Shown here: positions 25,803 through 38,399 of the stretch, one piece after another | Position numbering within the stretch: position 1 is the first letter of the stretch | How the letters are laid out: every line of letters starts with the position of its first letter | DNA from: Isurus oxyrinchus | Taxonomy: Eukaryota | DNA length: 64,000 nucleotides | Reading direction: 5' to 3' | NCBI GenBank assembly: GCA_026770705.1 | Contig: JANJGN010000052.1 | Coordinates: 4,092,001-4,156,000, forward strand | The notes under the pieces: model-generated | What the model saw: only the letters and a program-made list of their open reading frames with translations | Told to the model about the DNA's origin: nothing | Databases searched by the model: none | Position numbers and translations under genes: made by a program

Positions 25803-26105
25803 ACTGACAGCGGGTCAGTACTGAGGGAGTGCTGCACAGTCGGAGGGTCAGTACTGAGGGAGAGTTGCACCGTCGGAGGGTCAGTACTGAGGAAGCGCTG
25901 TACTGTCGGAGGGTCAGTACTGAGGGAGCGCTGCACCATCGGAGGGTCAGTACTGAGGGAGCGCTGCACTGTCAGAGGGTCAGTACTGAGGTTTTTGCTG
26001 CGCTGTCGGAGGGTCAGTACTGAGGGAGTGCGAGACTGACAGAGGGTCACTATTGAGGATGTGCTGCACTGTTGGAGGGTCAGTCCTGAGGGAGCACTGC
26101 ACTGC
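25803..26105. repeat. 33-bp minisatellite (gagggtcagtactgagggagtgctgcactgtcg)
   Basis: Directly visible; also at 28930-29097, 38007-38326, 54700-55212, 61070-61302 and 62995-63268. Confidence 0.93.
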
Positions 26106-26249
26106 CATAGGTGGTTTCTTTCATAAGACATGGGAGAGAGAGTTAAACCCACTGAGACACGACTGACATTAACGAAGCTGCACAATAATTTAACCCTATC
26201 AGTGCCAGTAAATGATGTGAGGATGTCTTCTGTTTCCATTTCTCTGTAG

Positions 26250-26498
26250 GGTAAACAGAACGTGCTGATTACTGAGCCCCGGAACACAACCAGAGACACA
26301 ACTAACGAGGGGGAGACCCCAACTCCCCGGGGTCTCTCTGAAGGTGCAGTGGGAGGCGATGCTGGACTTGGGAACCCCGGCAAACCTGAAGAGTTTCTCT
26401 ACGCCAATCCCCAAGTTTTGAGGGTGTCCAGTGGTGATGGGTCTGTCCACAGGGAAGAGGAGACGGAATACGCACAGATCAGGTTTGAGCATAACTGA
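26250..26498 (+). CDS. Gene A terminal exon, cassette a (...FLYANPQV...TEYAQIRFEHN*)
   Basis: CTGTAG acceptor, phase 0, 249 nt; ITSM-like TEYAQI with a degenerate proximal ITIM; AATAAA at 27023-27028. Confidence 0.85.
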   Translation, partial: GKQNVLITEPRNTTRDTTNEGETPTPRGLSEGAVGGDAGLGNPGKPEEFLYANPQVLRVSSGDGSVHREEETEYAQIRFEHN

Positions 26499-27645
26499 AT
26501 GAGAAATGGGGACTGGGAGTGAGGAGGAGTGGGCGTGGGGGTAGGGATTGAGATTCCTGGGAACAGGAAACAACCCACTGGGGGAGAGGGGGAGAGAGGG
26601 AGGAAGGGATGGAATTGGGCTACGGTTGGTGTGGTTTGGAATGAAATGCTTCTCCAGAGAGGACTGGATGCTGAGCCATTGGGGAGTGAGATTCACTGTC
26701 TCTCTCTCTCTCTCTCTCTTCCTCTCTGTCTCTCTCTTTCTTTCTGTGTCAGTCTCTCATTCTCTCTCTCTTGCTCCTCCTTTAAGATGACCGTTAATGA
26801 CTGACTTTGATGACTCAGCTGTTGGTCTCCTGTCCCTAATATCTCCTCATGTGCCTCAGAGTCAGGTGAAATGTGACTAACAATCCCCGGATGAGCCTTG
26901 GGACATTTTGCTACATTGAAGGTGCTATATAAATGCAAGTTGTTGCAGTAACTCTGATCTGCTTCTATTAACAATGGAACCACAGAGGTTCCTTCGACAG
27001 GGCGTGTGTGCAGCAGGGTCACAATAAATACATTGAGCTGTGAGATTTTTCATTCTTACATCGAATGTGGCTGTCACTGGTGATGTCCGCATTGATGCCA
27101 ATCTCTAACTGCCCTTGAGAAGGTGGTGGTGAGCTGCCTTCTTGACCCGCTACAGTGCATGTGGTGTAGGTACACCCACAGTGCTGTTAGAGAGGGAATT
27201 CCAGGATTTTGACCCAGCGACAGTGAAGGAACGGTGATATATTTCCAAGTCAGGATGGTGAGTGACTTGGAGGGGAACTTCCAGGTGGTGGTGTTCCCAT
27301 GTGTCTGCTGTCCTTGTCCTTCTAGATGGTAGAGGTCGCGTATTTGGAAGGTGCTGTTGAAGGAGCCTTGCTGAGTTGCTGCAGTGCATCTTGTAGATGG
27401 TACACACACTGCTGCCACTGTGTGTTCATGGTGGAGGGAGTGAATGTTTAATGTGGTGGATGTGGTATGGATCAATCGGGCTGCTTTGTCCTGGATGGTG
27501 TCGAGCGTCTTGATTCTGTGCTTTGTGCAGAGGTGATTTAAAGAGAGAGTCCAGTCATTGGTGTAAGGTTACAGTGGGCTCTGTGTCTGTGCTGCACTGA
27601 CTCTCTGCTATATGATAACCACAGTGTGATATTTTGTGATTGCAG

Positions 27646-27727
27646 GAGAAAGACAGCGATGGAGGAGAGAGTTTCAGGGACCAGTGACATTGCATTGACC
27701 CCCAGTCCACTCCCTGTGAAACACCAG
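27646..27727 (+). CDS. Gene A cytoplasmic exon 1, cassette b
   Basis: Near-identical to 25116-25197 with splice sites intact. Confidence 0.8.
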
Positions 27728-28842
27728 GTACAGGAGCTGTTTACACTCACTCCAAAGCTTCAATCTCAGTGTGTAGACATCATATGTCCCAGATTCCCAG
27801 CCCAGTTACCCACTGATTTGTACCTGTGGAGTCAGCAATGGTTCAGTATCATGCTGTCTCTCTGTTATGACACAGCAACTGGTAAGGGCTGTTGTTTAAA
27901 ATCCCAGAGGGAAACTTTAAACAACTGTCGTAACCTATATTTCCCAGTGAAATGTTTGAGATGCAGCTCTAAATTCAGGAATAAGACCACCAGTTCTCAA
28001 GATGATTTTATATCAATCTAAATGAGACATTTATTAATTTTCACAAGTTAAACATATGCACATGGCTACAAACTAGTATTATCATAACTTTATAACAAAT
28101 TCTCAAACTAATCTCCTCCAAGACAACCCATAGACTTTAAGCAGACACCAGGCAAAGCATTTTCACCTCACAAATTCCAAATGAGGCTCCTTTCACTTTG
28201 GTTCCTTTGCAGACAAGTGTAGGATTACAGCTGCTTTGCTGTTACAAGCCTCTGCTCTGCACACACAAAACTGCACAAGTTATACCCAGCTCTTGAGTGT
28301 GAAGAAGATGGAGATTGATGGGCTCTTGATTGGTAAAGGGATCAATGGTTAGGAGAGAAGGTGGGAGAATGGGGTTTGTGAAACATATCAGCCATGTATG
28401 AATGGTGGAGCAGACTCGATGGACCGAATGGTCTAATTTCTCCTCCTATGTCTTATGGTCTTATGGCTTCTGTTTGAAGGTAAATTCGCAATGTATCATC
28501 AGGACCTTTGAACTCCATCTCTTCCAATCCCCTTTCATCGTATCAATTTTATTAGTAATATAAACGTTGATTGGTTTAAGATTTCAATCTCAGACTTTGA
28601 ATGTTTTATTTAAAAATACAAATTACCACTTTACCTCTTTGTTTACATCTCAAAACTACTATACATCAAAGCACACAGACTGGCTGTCTTTAATCCAATT
28701 TAAATACACACAGACACACACACAGACTAAACCTCTGTTTAAAAAGACAGTTTGCATTTATAATACAAACATTAATAGATTAATAACACTCTGTCTCTAT
28801 CCCTCCTCTATCTCTCTCTCTCATCCTCTCTCTGATTACAAG

Positions 28843-28920
28843 GTTCATGTTATTGAGCCTCACACCAGGCACCTGAGTGCAGAATCCAAGCCGTCACTCA
28901 CCAGAGCCATTACCGGGGGA
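28843..28920 (+). CDS. Gene A possible cytoplasmic exon 2, cassette b (VHVIEPHTRHLSAESKPSLTRAITGG)
   Basis: 78 nt, phase 0-0, donor GTGGGG. Confidence 0.5.
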
Positions 28921-29216
28921 GTGGGGGACTGACAGCGGGTCAGTACTGAAGGAGTGCTGCACTGTCGGAGGGTCAGTACTGAGGGAGTGCTGCACTGACA
29001 GAGGGTCAGTACTGAGGGAGCGCTGTATTGTCGGAGGGTCAGCACTGAGGGAGTGCTGCACTGTTGGAGGGTCAGTACTGAGGGAGTGCTGCACTGCCAT
29101 AGGTGGTGCCTTTTATCCGATAGGAGAGAGAGAATTAAACAAGTCTGCACAATAATTTAACCCTATCAGTACCAGTAAATGATGTGAGGATGTCTTCTGT
29201 TTCCATTTCTCTGTAG

Positions 29217-29465
29217 GATGAACAGAACGTGCTGATTACTGAGCCCCGGAACACAACCAGAGACACAACTAGTGAGGGGGAGACCCCAGCTCCCCGGGAT
29301 CTCTCTGAAGGTCCAGTGGGAGGCGATGTTGGACATGGGAACTCAGACAAACCTCACGAGCTTCTCTATGCCAACATCAACTTTTCAAAGCTGCCCGGCG
29401 GTGACAGGACTGTGCACAGGAGCGAGGACACGGAATACGCACAGATCAGGTTCCAGAAAAACTGA
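29217..29465 (+). CDS. Gene A terminal exon, cassette b (...LLYANINF...TEYAQIRFQKN*)
   Basis: 249 nt, phase 0; ITIM LLYANI plus ITSM-like TEYAQI, the CD33-related Siglec tail layout. Confidence 0.88.
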   Translation, partial: DEQNVLITEPRNTTRDTTSEGETPAPRDLSEGPVGGDVGHGNSDKPHELLYANINFSKLPGGDRTVHRSEDTEYAQIRFQKN

Positions 29466-29654
29466 GTGTGAAACAGGGAGCGGGGCTGTGGGGTGTGTGC
29501 AGCCAACATGGCCAAATAGTAATGAACACAAATATGATGTTGCTCAACTTTTTTTTATTAGTTCTGAGTGAGCTTTCTGAATGCTGCACCTTTTTCCATG
29601 CTGTAAAAGATTGTGAGAAGCTTATGAATTATGTATAATGTTAGATCTGTTAAT

Positions 29655-31750
29655 ACAAGGTGAGATGAGAGTGACTGCCTTTGACATCAAGGCTGCATTT
29701 GACCGAGTGTGGCATCTAGGAGCCCGAGCAAAACTGGAATCAATGGGAATCAGGGGTGGTACGAAAGTATAATAATTTGCTTAATATTTTCCTGGTTTGT
29801 TGTAAACTAGGTTTATGGGTGTGAGTGTAGATGGGTCTGTCTGTGTGGCTTAATTACACCTGGAGTCAGGTAGACTGCAAGTTTGAGATTATCAAAAGAA
29901 GCTAGATGTAGAAATATAATTGAAATGCTAGTAAGTGAACATGGAGGCTGACTTAGCATGTAAGGTGTGAGGGGAATTTGCATTTTTAGATAAGTGACGG
30001 GATTGTTTGGATTTCAAAGGGCTGTTGGTCTGTTTACAACGAGGCCGATATGCAAGGCAAAGGAGTGTGTTTATTTTTCCCAAAGGTTATTGACAACATT
30101 GGCAACATGAAAGTTTTTATATTATGGGAAATGTATAATTCCAAAGACATATGGAACAATGAAATTTACATATCAAAGAGAGAGGAACATAAACAAAGGA
30201 GAATGAAAGGCTATTTTGGGGACCATGTAAAATCTAACAAGAGTGTGTGAATCAGCCTTGAAGAAGCCTCCAGGCATTTGTCCATAGGTCTGTTATGTTC
30301 AGTGACTATAGATTGAGAAAGCCATTAGGAATTCCACTCTCAAGTGTGTACTGTGTTAACTTGCTGGTTCTGTTTTTAAATCTAAAATCTATTTTGGACT
30401 GTTGCCTTAAATGGGGTTGTACTGCTCATCTCCAGACTTCCCAATGCCTGTCCACCATCTTTAAGGTTAATTAGGAAGTTTAGGATTTGTTATAGTAGTA
30501 ACCGTATCCTTATGTGTGTGCTTGAAATCTTGTATTTTGTTAATAAATATTGACATTTAATTTTTAAGATCTCTAAATGTCTTGGTTGACACGTTACTCC
30601 TGAATTCAGTGCACACATCTCATAATAAATACAAATTGCAAAACCGTTGTGAGAGTGTGACCAAGTTTCCCTTGTGGATTTGGTCCCCTGGCACACATCA
30701 TCTACCACATCATAACAGAGGGAAAACTCTCCACTGGTTGGAGCCATACCCAGCACAAAGGAAGATAGTTGTAGTTGTTGGAGGTCAATCATCTCAGTTC
30801 CAGGACATCACTGCAGGAGTTACTCAGGGTAGTGTCCTCGGCCCAACCATCTTCAGCTGCTTCATCAATGACCTTCCTTCCATCATAAGGACAGAAGTGT
30901 GGATGTTCACTGATGATTGCACAATGTTCAGCACCATTCACGGCTCCTCAGATACTGAAGCAGTCCTTGTCCAAATGCAGCAAGAGCTGGACAATATCCA
31001 GGCTTGCGCTGACAAGTGTCAGGCAATGACCATCTCCAATAAGAGAGAATCTAACCATCGCCCTTTAATGTTCAATGGCATTACCATTGCTGAATCCCCC
31101 ACTATCAACATCCTGGGGATTACTATTGACCAGAAACTGAACTGGACTAGCCATATAAACACTGTGGCTACAAGAGCAGATCAGTGTCTGGGAATCATGC
31201 AGTGAGTAACTCACTCCAGACTCCCCAAAGCCTGTCCACCACCTTCAAGGCACAGGTCAGGAGTGTGATGGAAGACTCTCCACTTGCCTGGATGAGTGCA
31301 GCTCCAACAAGATTCAGTAAACTCAAAACCACTCAGGACAAAGCAGCCCCGCTAGATCCACTCTCTGCACAACCGACACACAGTAGCAGCAGTGTGTACC
31401 ATCTACAAGGTGCACTGCAGGAACTCACCAAGACTCCTTAGGCAGCACCTACAAACACACAACCACTACCATCTCGAATTACAGGGCAGCAGATACATGG
31501 TAACAGCACCACCTGGAAGTTACCCTCAAAGTCACTCACCCCCATCCTGACTTGGAAATATACGGCCGTTCCTGCACTGTCACTGGGTCCAAATCCTGCA
31601 ATTCCCTCCCTAACAGCACTGTGGGTGTACCTACCCCACATGGACTGCAACAGTTCAAGACGGCAGCTCACTACCACATTCTCAAGGGCTATTAGGGATG
31701 GGCAATAATTCTGGCCTAGACAGCGCCACCCACATCCCATAAATGAATAT
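29655..31750 (+). mobile_element. CR1/L2-class LINE RT fragment interrupted by a solo LTR (about 29757-30717)
   Basis: GVTQGSVLGPTIFSCFINDL...MFTDDC; the LINE sequence gggaatcagggg|...|aaaactctcc is split by a TG...CA insert. Confidence 0.85.
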
Positions 31751-32799
31751 AAAAATCAAGCAATTAAAATGCTCAGACATTTCTGTACATTGTTTTTCAA
31801 ATGTGAATACCATTCTCTGGTGAATAATTCCATTCTCAAGGCACCATTTCCTGTTATCACATGCCCTTTTCATTATTTACAATCATATACCTTCATTTGT
31901 AATGTAACATTCCCATGTAAACATGTCACACTGTAGTTACACCCTCCTGCCAGTGGCGGTGCTCTAGTGTCATAGTTTTACCTCTCAGAAGATGGAGGAA
32001 AAATATCCACTGTGTTTACAATATTAGAAACACTCAGGGGTGACCAGGGGATTCTTTAGGTCATGTTTACGATGTTGTTAAGATACAAGGGGCCAGTGGG
32101 ATTTTTCCTACTGCGTTTACAATGTTGTTAAGACAGGATTCGGGTGAAAGATGACCTTCAACCCATCATCCCTCTCATGCCGAGAGGGAACAATAGCCTT
32201 AAGTCAGGGCCTGGCAGTTTGTGGGAACAGTCCCTGTGCCTGATTGGATAGGCTCAAAGTGAACCCAGTGTTGGGTCTTGAGCCTCAAGATCCTGGAACA
32301 GGCACAGAGTGGACACCTCGGATGGATGTCAAAAACCCCATGGACACTTTTTGGGTGAAGTGTAGGGGATGGGTATGGAGTCGGGTGGGGCAGTTATCCC
32401 CAGGGTCCTGGGACCAATATTTATCCCTAAACCAACATCATTAAAAAAAAACAGATGTTCTGGGTCTGTATCTCACTGCTGTTTGTGGGATCCTGCTGTG
32501 CAGAAATTGTCTGCCATGTTTCCTACTGTTCCACAGCATCCACTGTTCAAAACCATTTCTCAGGGAATGAAGGACTATCTGTGAAGTGCAGATCCCCGTT
32601 GTAATGTAGGAAACACCACAGTCAATTTGCGCACAGCAAGCTCCCACAAACAGCAATGTGAGAATGAGCCAGACCATCTGTTTTTAGGGTGTTAGTTGGG
32701 GGTAAATATTGGCCCCAGTATTCTAAGGCACTCGATACAGGGTTGAATTTAAGAAGTTTTTGAAGTGTCCGGCACAGTTTTCTAAAGCTCCTCTCAGAC

Positions 32800-33252
32800 C
32801 CCACCTGTAGTCACTGGGGTCAGTCCTGGACCCCGCACCTCAGGGAGGGGATATTGTCCTCGGAGGGGCTGCAGCCCAGAGTCACCAGAACGATCCCGGG
32901 GGCTGAAAGGGTTAAATCCCGAGGACAGGTTGCACAGACCAGGCTTGTGTTCCCTCGAGTCTCGAAGATTAAGGGGTGATCTAATCGAGGGGTTTAAGAT
33001 GATTAAAGGATTCGATGGGGTCGAGAGAGAGAAACTATTTCCCCTGGTGGTGGGGGTGAGGTGAGGGGGGGGTGGGGGTGAGGGTGGGGGTGAGGTGAGG
33101 GGGTGGGGGTGAGGGGGGGTGGGGGTGAGGGTGGGGGTGAGGTGAGGGGGTGGGGGTGAGGGTGGGGGTGGGGGTGAGGTGAGGGGGGGTATAGAACAAG
33201 GGGGCAGAACCTTAAAATTGGAGCCAGGCCGTTCAGGGGGTGATGTCAGGAA
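32800..33252 (+). mobile_element. CR1 3' fragment with a GGGT-rich expansion
   Basis: gaagattaaggggtgatctaatcgagggg; same family as 665-908. Confidence 0.7.
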
Positions 33253-34364
33253 GCTGTGATGTAGTCAAATAGAGAAGGAGGCTAGAGGGGCTGAATGGCC
33301 TCTTCCTGTTCCTGTGCATCAGACTCGACCGGAGGAGGAGGGGAGGAGCAGAAAGATGAGGATGAGGTGGAGGGAGGTGGGGGGTTGAGGAGGGGGAGGC
33401 GTGGGAGTATGAGGAGAGAGATGAGGAGGGACGCAGCGGAGCAGGAGGATGAAGAGCGGAGGAGGGACTAGTTACTCTCTGAGCTGCAGCTTCCAAATCC
33501 TTATTTGATGCCGTGCATGTGGGGTTGGAAGATTTTTTTTAAAACCACAGGCAGTTCACAGAAACCCACAGGAAACCCACAGAGAGACAGTCACTGAGAA
33601 AGTCACTCACTCTTTGTGGTTTCACCTTTTAACCACATCCTGTCTGTGTGGCTTAAATGTTAAACACACCGGCCACACTCAGGGAGGTTNNNNNNNNNNN
33701 NNNNNNNNNNNNNNNNNNNNNNNNNNNNNNNNNNNNNNNNNNNNNNNNNNNNNNNNNNNNNNNNNNNNNNNNNNNNNNNNNNNNNNNNNNNNNNNNNNNN
33801 NNNNNNNNNNNNNNNNNNNNNNNNNNNNNNNNNNNNNNNNNNNNNNNNNNNNNNNNNNNNNNNNNNNNNNNNNNNNNNNNNNNNNNNNNNNNNNNNNNNN
33901 NNNNNNNNNNNNNNNNNNNNNNNNNNNNNNNNNNNNNNNNNNNNNNNNNNNNNNNNNNNNNNNNNNNNNNNNNNNNNNNNNNNNNNNNNNNNNNNNNNNN
34001 NNNNNNNNNNNNNNNNNNNNNNNNNNNNNNNNNNNNNNNNNNNNNNNNNNNNNNNNNNNNNNNNNNNNNNNNNNNNNNNNNNNNNNNNNNNNNNNNNNNN
34101 NNNNNNNNNNNNNNNNNNNNNNNNNNNNNNNNNNNNNNNNNNNNNNNNNNNNNNNNNNNNNNNNNNNNNNNNNNNNNNNNNNNNNNNNNNNNNNNNNNNN
34201 NNNNNNNNNNNNNNNNNNNNNNNNNNNNNNNNNNNNNNNNNNNNNNCAGACAGACACAAACACACTTACATTCTCATATTCACACATTCACTCATACATT
34301 CACTCACACACATGCACAAATACAAACACAAAGACAACATCCCAATGACAGCAAACTGTGATTA

Positions 34365-37300
34365 AGAGCTTCCTACAACTTAACTAACAGACCAAAGACA
34401 TATTATACTGTCTAAAAGTGACCTGTTTTTCAAAGAAATACAAGATTGTACTCAGATGAAAAATGGCTGACACAAGTCATCTGATTGCTGATACTGTGAA
34501 GTTGATCACTTCTCTGGAAAGGTTCAAATGAATTGCACTGTAGACCTGTTGCATGGAAGTTCACGCCTGAGGTGTGTCAGGATCCACTTCAAACAGGGAC
34601 ACTCTTAAAAGGAAGGCATTAAAATGCAAAGTGCTGGACTTTGATCAGCTGTAGTTCTATCAAAACAGTGGGAACTGCTCACCAAGCGGATAATCATCAG
34701 CCATTCAAAACCCCCTCTGGAGGATACAATACCCCCATCTCCTGTTGATTTATATCTTGAAATGCATCAAATGTTTTGGAGATGCAAAGATAAAAAATGG
34801 GAGTACTTGGCCTTTAACAATATCTGAAGCTAACAGAGTGTCTTCAACAATGTGAAAGTCTGAGCCAGATGAAACACAGGATTCTACAGCAAACCAACTA
34901 ATTTAAAACAGCTTCAAACTTCACAGCCGACGCTGCAGTATAAGCTAACAACTCTTTTAATTTTTTATTGGACTCCATAATTATNNNNNNNNNNNNNNNN
35001 NNNNNNNNNNNNNNNNNNNNNNNNNNNNNNNNNNNNNNNNNNNNNNNNNNNNNNNNNNNNNNNNNNNNNNNNNNNNNNNNNNNNNNNNNNNNNNNNNNNN
35101 NNNNNNNNNNNNNNNNNNNNNNNTGCGTGTGCGCCATTGTGCCTGGGTGTGTGAGCATGTGTGTGTTTATGTGTGTGTGTGTGTGTGAGTGTGTGTGTGT
35201 GTGTGTGTGTGTTTTGTCACATTTTTATTATTTTTTCTCCAGTTAGGTAACTAATAAACTTACTCTCAACCAGATGTGGCTTAATTGGTTCATTCTTAAC
35301 AACCAAAGAGACTTTTTTCGGAAATTGCATTTGGGGGAAAATATATTTTCAACACTTTTTTGTGACCAACCAGGGGGTTTGAATAGAAAGGGAGCCAGTT
35401 CACTCCCCGTCAACCANNNNNNNNNNNNNNNNNNNNNNNNNNNNNNNNNNNNNNNNNNNNNNNNNNNNNNNNNNNNNNNNNNNNNNNNNNNNNNNNNNNN
35501 NNNNNNNNNNNNNNNNNNNNNNNNNNNNNNNNNNNNNNNNNNNNNNNNNNNNNNNNNNNNNNNNNNNNNNNNNNNNNNNNNNNNNNNNNNNNNNNNNNNN
35601 NNNNNNNNNNNNNNNNNNNNNNNNNNNNNNNNNNNNNNNNNNNNNNNNNNNNNNNNNNNNNNNNNNNNNNNNNNNNNNNNNNNNNNNACAGGAAACTGCG
35701 ACTGAGTGAGAGTATGTCAGGAATATATAATAATCTCCACAATGTTATTGGAATTTATTGTGAAATAGAGTCCATGTGTCTGTGTCCACATGTGTCTGTG
35801 ATGTGTTTGTGTGAGACTTATTGGAATTAGAGGAAGCTGGTCTGGGTGTTTTGATGGAAGAAGAGAAGTTAGGTTTGAACTGTTTATTAGGTAAACATGG
35901 GGATGTTTTAGAATGTGAAGTGTAAAGGGGGCAATTTGCATTTTAAATTAAACCAAACGAGATTGTTTTCAAAGAAGGAGAGAAATGTGTCACCCAGCCA
36001 GGTGAAGATAAGAACCAGTGTGTTTATTTTTGCCATAGATTACTGGTAAAAGTTAGGACTATGAGAGATTTGTATTATTACAAAGATAAAGTCCAAAGAC
36101 AAAACTAAAACAATGGGAATTTGCATTCAAAGGGGAAAATATGTATCAAGGAGTGAAGGCTGTGTGTAAGAGTTGGTGTTTTTAAGAGCTTACAATGGTG
36201 AAAAGCCATCAGCCTGCATGTCCCAAGCTGCTGCCTCCAGGGACTGAAGTTAAGATAACTCATTTTGATCTCAGCTGTCCAGAGTATCGTTTATTTTTCC
36301 TGGGACTTTTAAAGTCTCTGTGTTTTACTGTTGCCTGAAGAAAAGTGTAAATGGAAGTTAAATTAATTAAGAGATTTAGAAGTTATTATAGTAGCAATTT
36401 ATAGATATATGTGTGTGCTTAAAAATAATTTCTCTTGTTAATCAATGTTTAATTTAGTTTTATAAAAAACCTCTTACACTTTGAAAAAAGGGTGAACTCA
36501 AATTGTAAAGTGCTTTGGGACATCCAAATATCATGCTATACAGAAGAGATTTGATTGGAGCAGCAAGTGTTTTACTTACAGGAGAATGAGTCCTCAGGGT
36601 TGTAGAGTCAATCCTGTAAGATGAATGACTAACTGGAGACACTGATCCAATTCTGGAAATGTTTAGTTTACCAGGTTTGGAGGAGAGATGATCTCCCTCT
36701 CCTGACTGCATCAGACAAGTGGTGAACCTGTTGAGGTGAACAGAATTACCTCTTAAACCTCTTAACCTCATTACTACTGAATTCAAAGCCCACACCTCAA
36801 AACATACAAGTTGGAAATTAGTTGTGACAGTTGTTTCAAGTTTCCCTCCAGGATTTGAACAGCTCAGCATTTACCATCTGTTATGTCATAACAGAGCTTC
36901 CTTCAACTTAGCCAATGAGCCAAAAATGTATTGAACTGTTTAAAGGAGACCTGTTTTTCAAAAGTACAAGATTAGGCACTGATCAAAAATGGCTGTCACG
37001 AGTCACCTGATTGCTGATACTGCAAACTTGATCACTTCTCTGGAAAGTTTCAAATGAATTGCACTGCAGACATGTTGCATGAAAGTTCTCACTGAGGTGT
37101 GTCAGTGTCCACTTGAAACAGGGCCTCCCTTAAAAATGCAAAGTGCTGGGCTTTGATCACTGTAGGTCTATCAAGGTAATGGGAACTGCTCACCATGCAG
37201 ATATTCATCAAACATTCAAAACCCCTTGTGGAGGATGAAATGCCTCCATCTCCTGTTGATTTATATCTTGAAATGCATCAAATGTTTCAGAGATGCAAAC

Positions 37301-37680
37301 ATCAAAAAATGGGATTACTTGGTCTGTAACAATGAATGCAAGACATGCTGATCGAATTCCCTTTTGGGAATATACAGACAGGAGTTTAACAACAGGTTCT
37401 GTCAAGCAGATATAAGAGAAAGTAGGAGGAAAAAGAAAGATGGCAGTCACCCAAACACATTGCTGGAAAAGAGCAGAAATTCTCTCTCTCTCTTTCTGAA
37501 GCTAACAGAGCGTCTTTAACAAAGTGCAAATCTGAATCAAATCACCACCAGGATGCCACAGGAAACCAATTAACTTTGAACAGCTGCAAACGTCAACAAT
37601 GTATTTCTCAAAGACAAGCAAAGATACTAATCATATCTTCTTTTACATTTTTATTGGACTCCAACTTTTTAATTCTGACG
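34365..37680. repeat. Two diverged direct copies (about 34365-34980 and 36894-37670) with an LTR-like element (about 35743-36893) between them
   Basis: Shared gagcttcct...aaaaatggctg...cacctgattgctgatac...ttattggactcca; the insert runs TGT...ATAACA. Confidence 0.65.
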
Positions 37681-37765
37681 TGTGTGTTTGTGTGTGTATG
37701 TCTGTCTGCCTTTCTGTGTATGTGTGTGTGTCTGCCTGTGCGAGCTTGTGTCAGTGTGAACGTCT

Positions 37766-37798
<33 letters not shown>

Positions 37799-38399
37799 AG
37801 TCTGTGTGCGTGTATATTGTTGCATCTTTATTATTAACGTTATTTAAAAATAGTGATCACACAAGCCTGGTTTCTAAGGAAATGAAACTGCAAACAATTT
37901 ACAGTAAAGTGAAACGTACAGGAATAATCTATTTATTTTGAGCTGATGACATATAACTATACATGAGGCATGTTGCTAATTTCAAACTCATCTGAAATAT
38001 GGCAGGTCTGACAGAGCAGCATTCCCTCAGTGCCCACCCTCTGACAGTGCAGCACTCCCTCAGTACTGACCCTCTGACAGTGCAGCACTCCCTCAGTACT
38101 GACCCTCTGGGAGTTCAGCACTCCCTCAGTACTGACCCTCTGACAGTGCAGCCCTCTCTCAGTACTGACACTCTGACAGTGCAGCCCTCTCTCAGTATTG
38201 ACCATACGACAGTGCAGCATTCCCTCAGTACTGACCCTCTGACAGTGCAGCACTCACTCAATACTGAACCTCTGACAGTACAACACTCCCTCAGTACTGA
38301 CCCTCCGACAGTGCAGCACTCCCTCACCACTCCCTCACTGGGGAGAATCTACCTGGGTTTTGAGCTGAAATCATGAGCAGGTCTTAAAACATTCTGTAT

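Noticed and set aside
25752-26105. Cys-rich GGSVLRECCTV repeat ORFs (also 28877, 38115, 54628)
   Set aside because: Translations of the 33-bp minisatellite, present in both orientations
4578-29465. Assigning a specific symbol (MAG, CD22, SIGLEC15) to gene A
   Set aside because: MAG-like domain count but low apparent identity and a CD33-related-type tail; orthology needs a phylogeny
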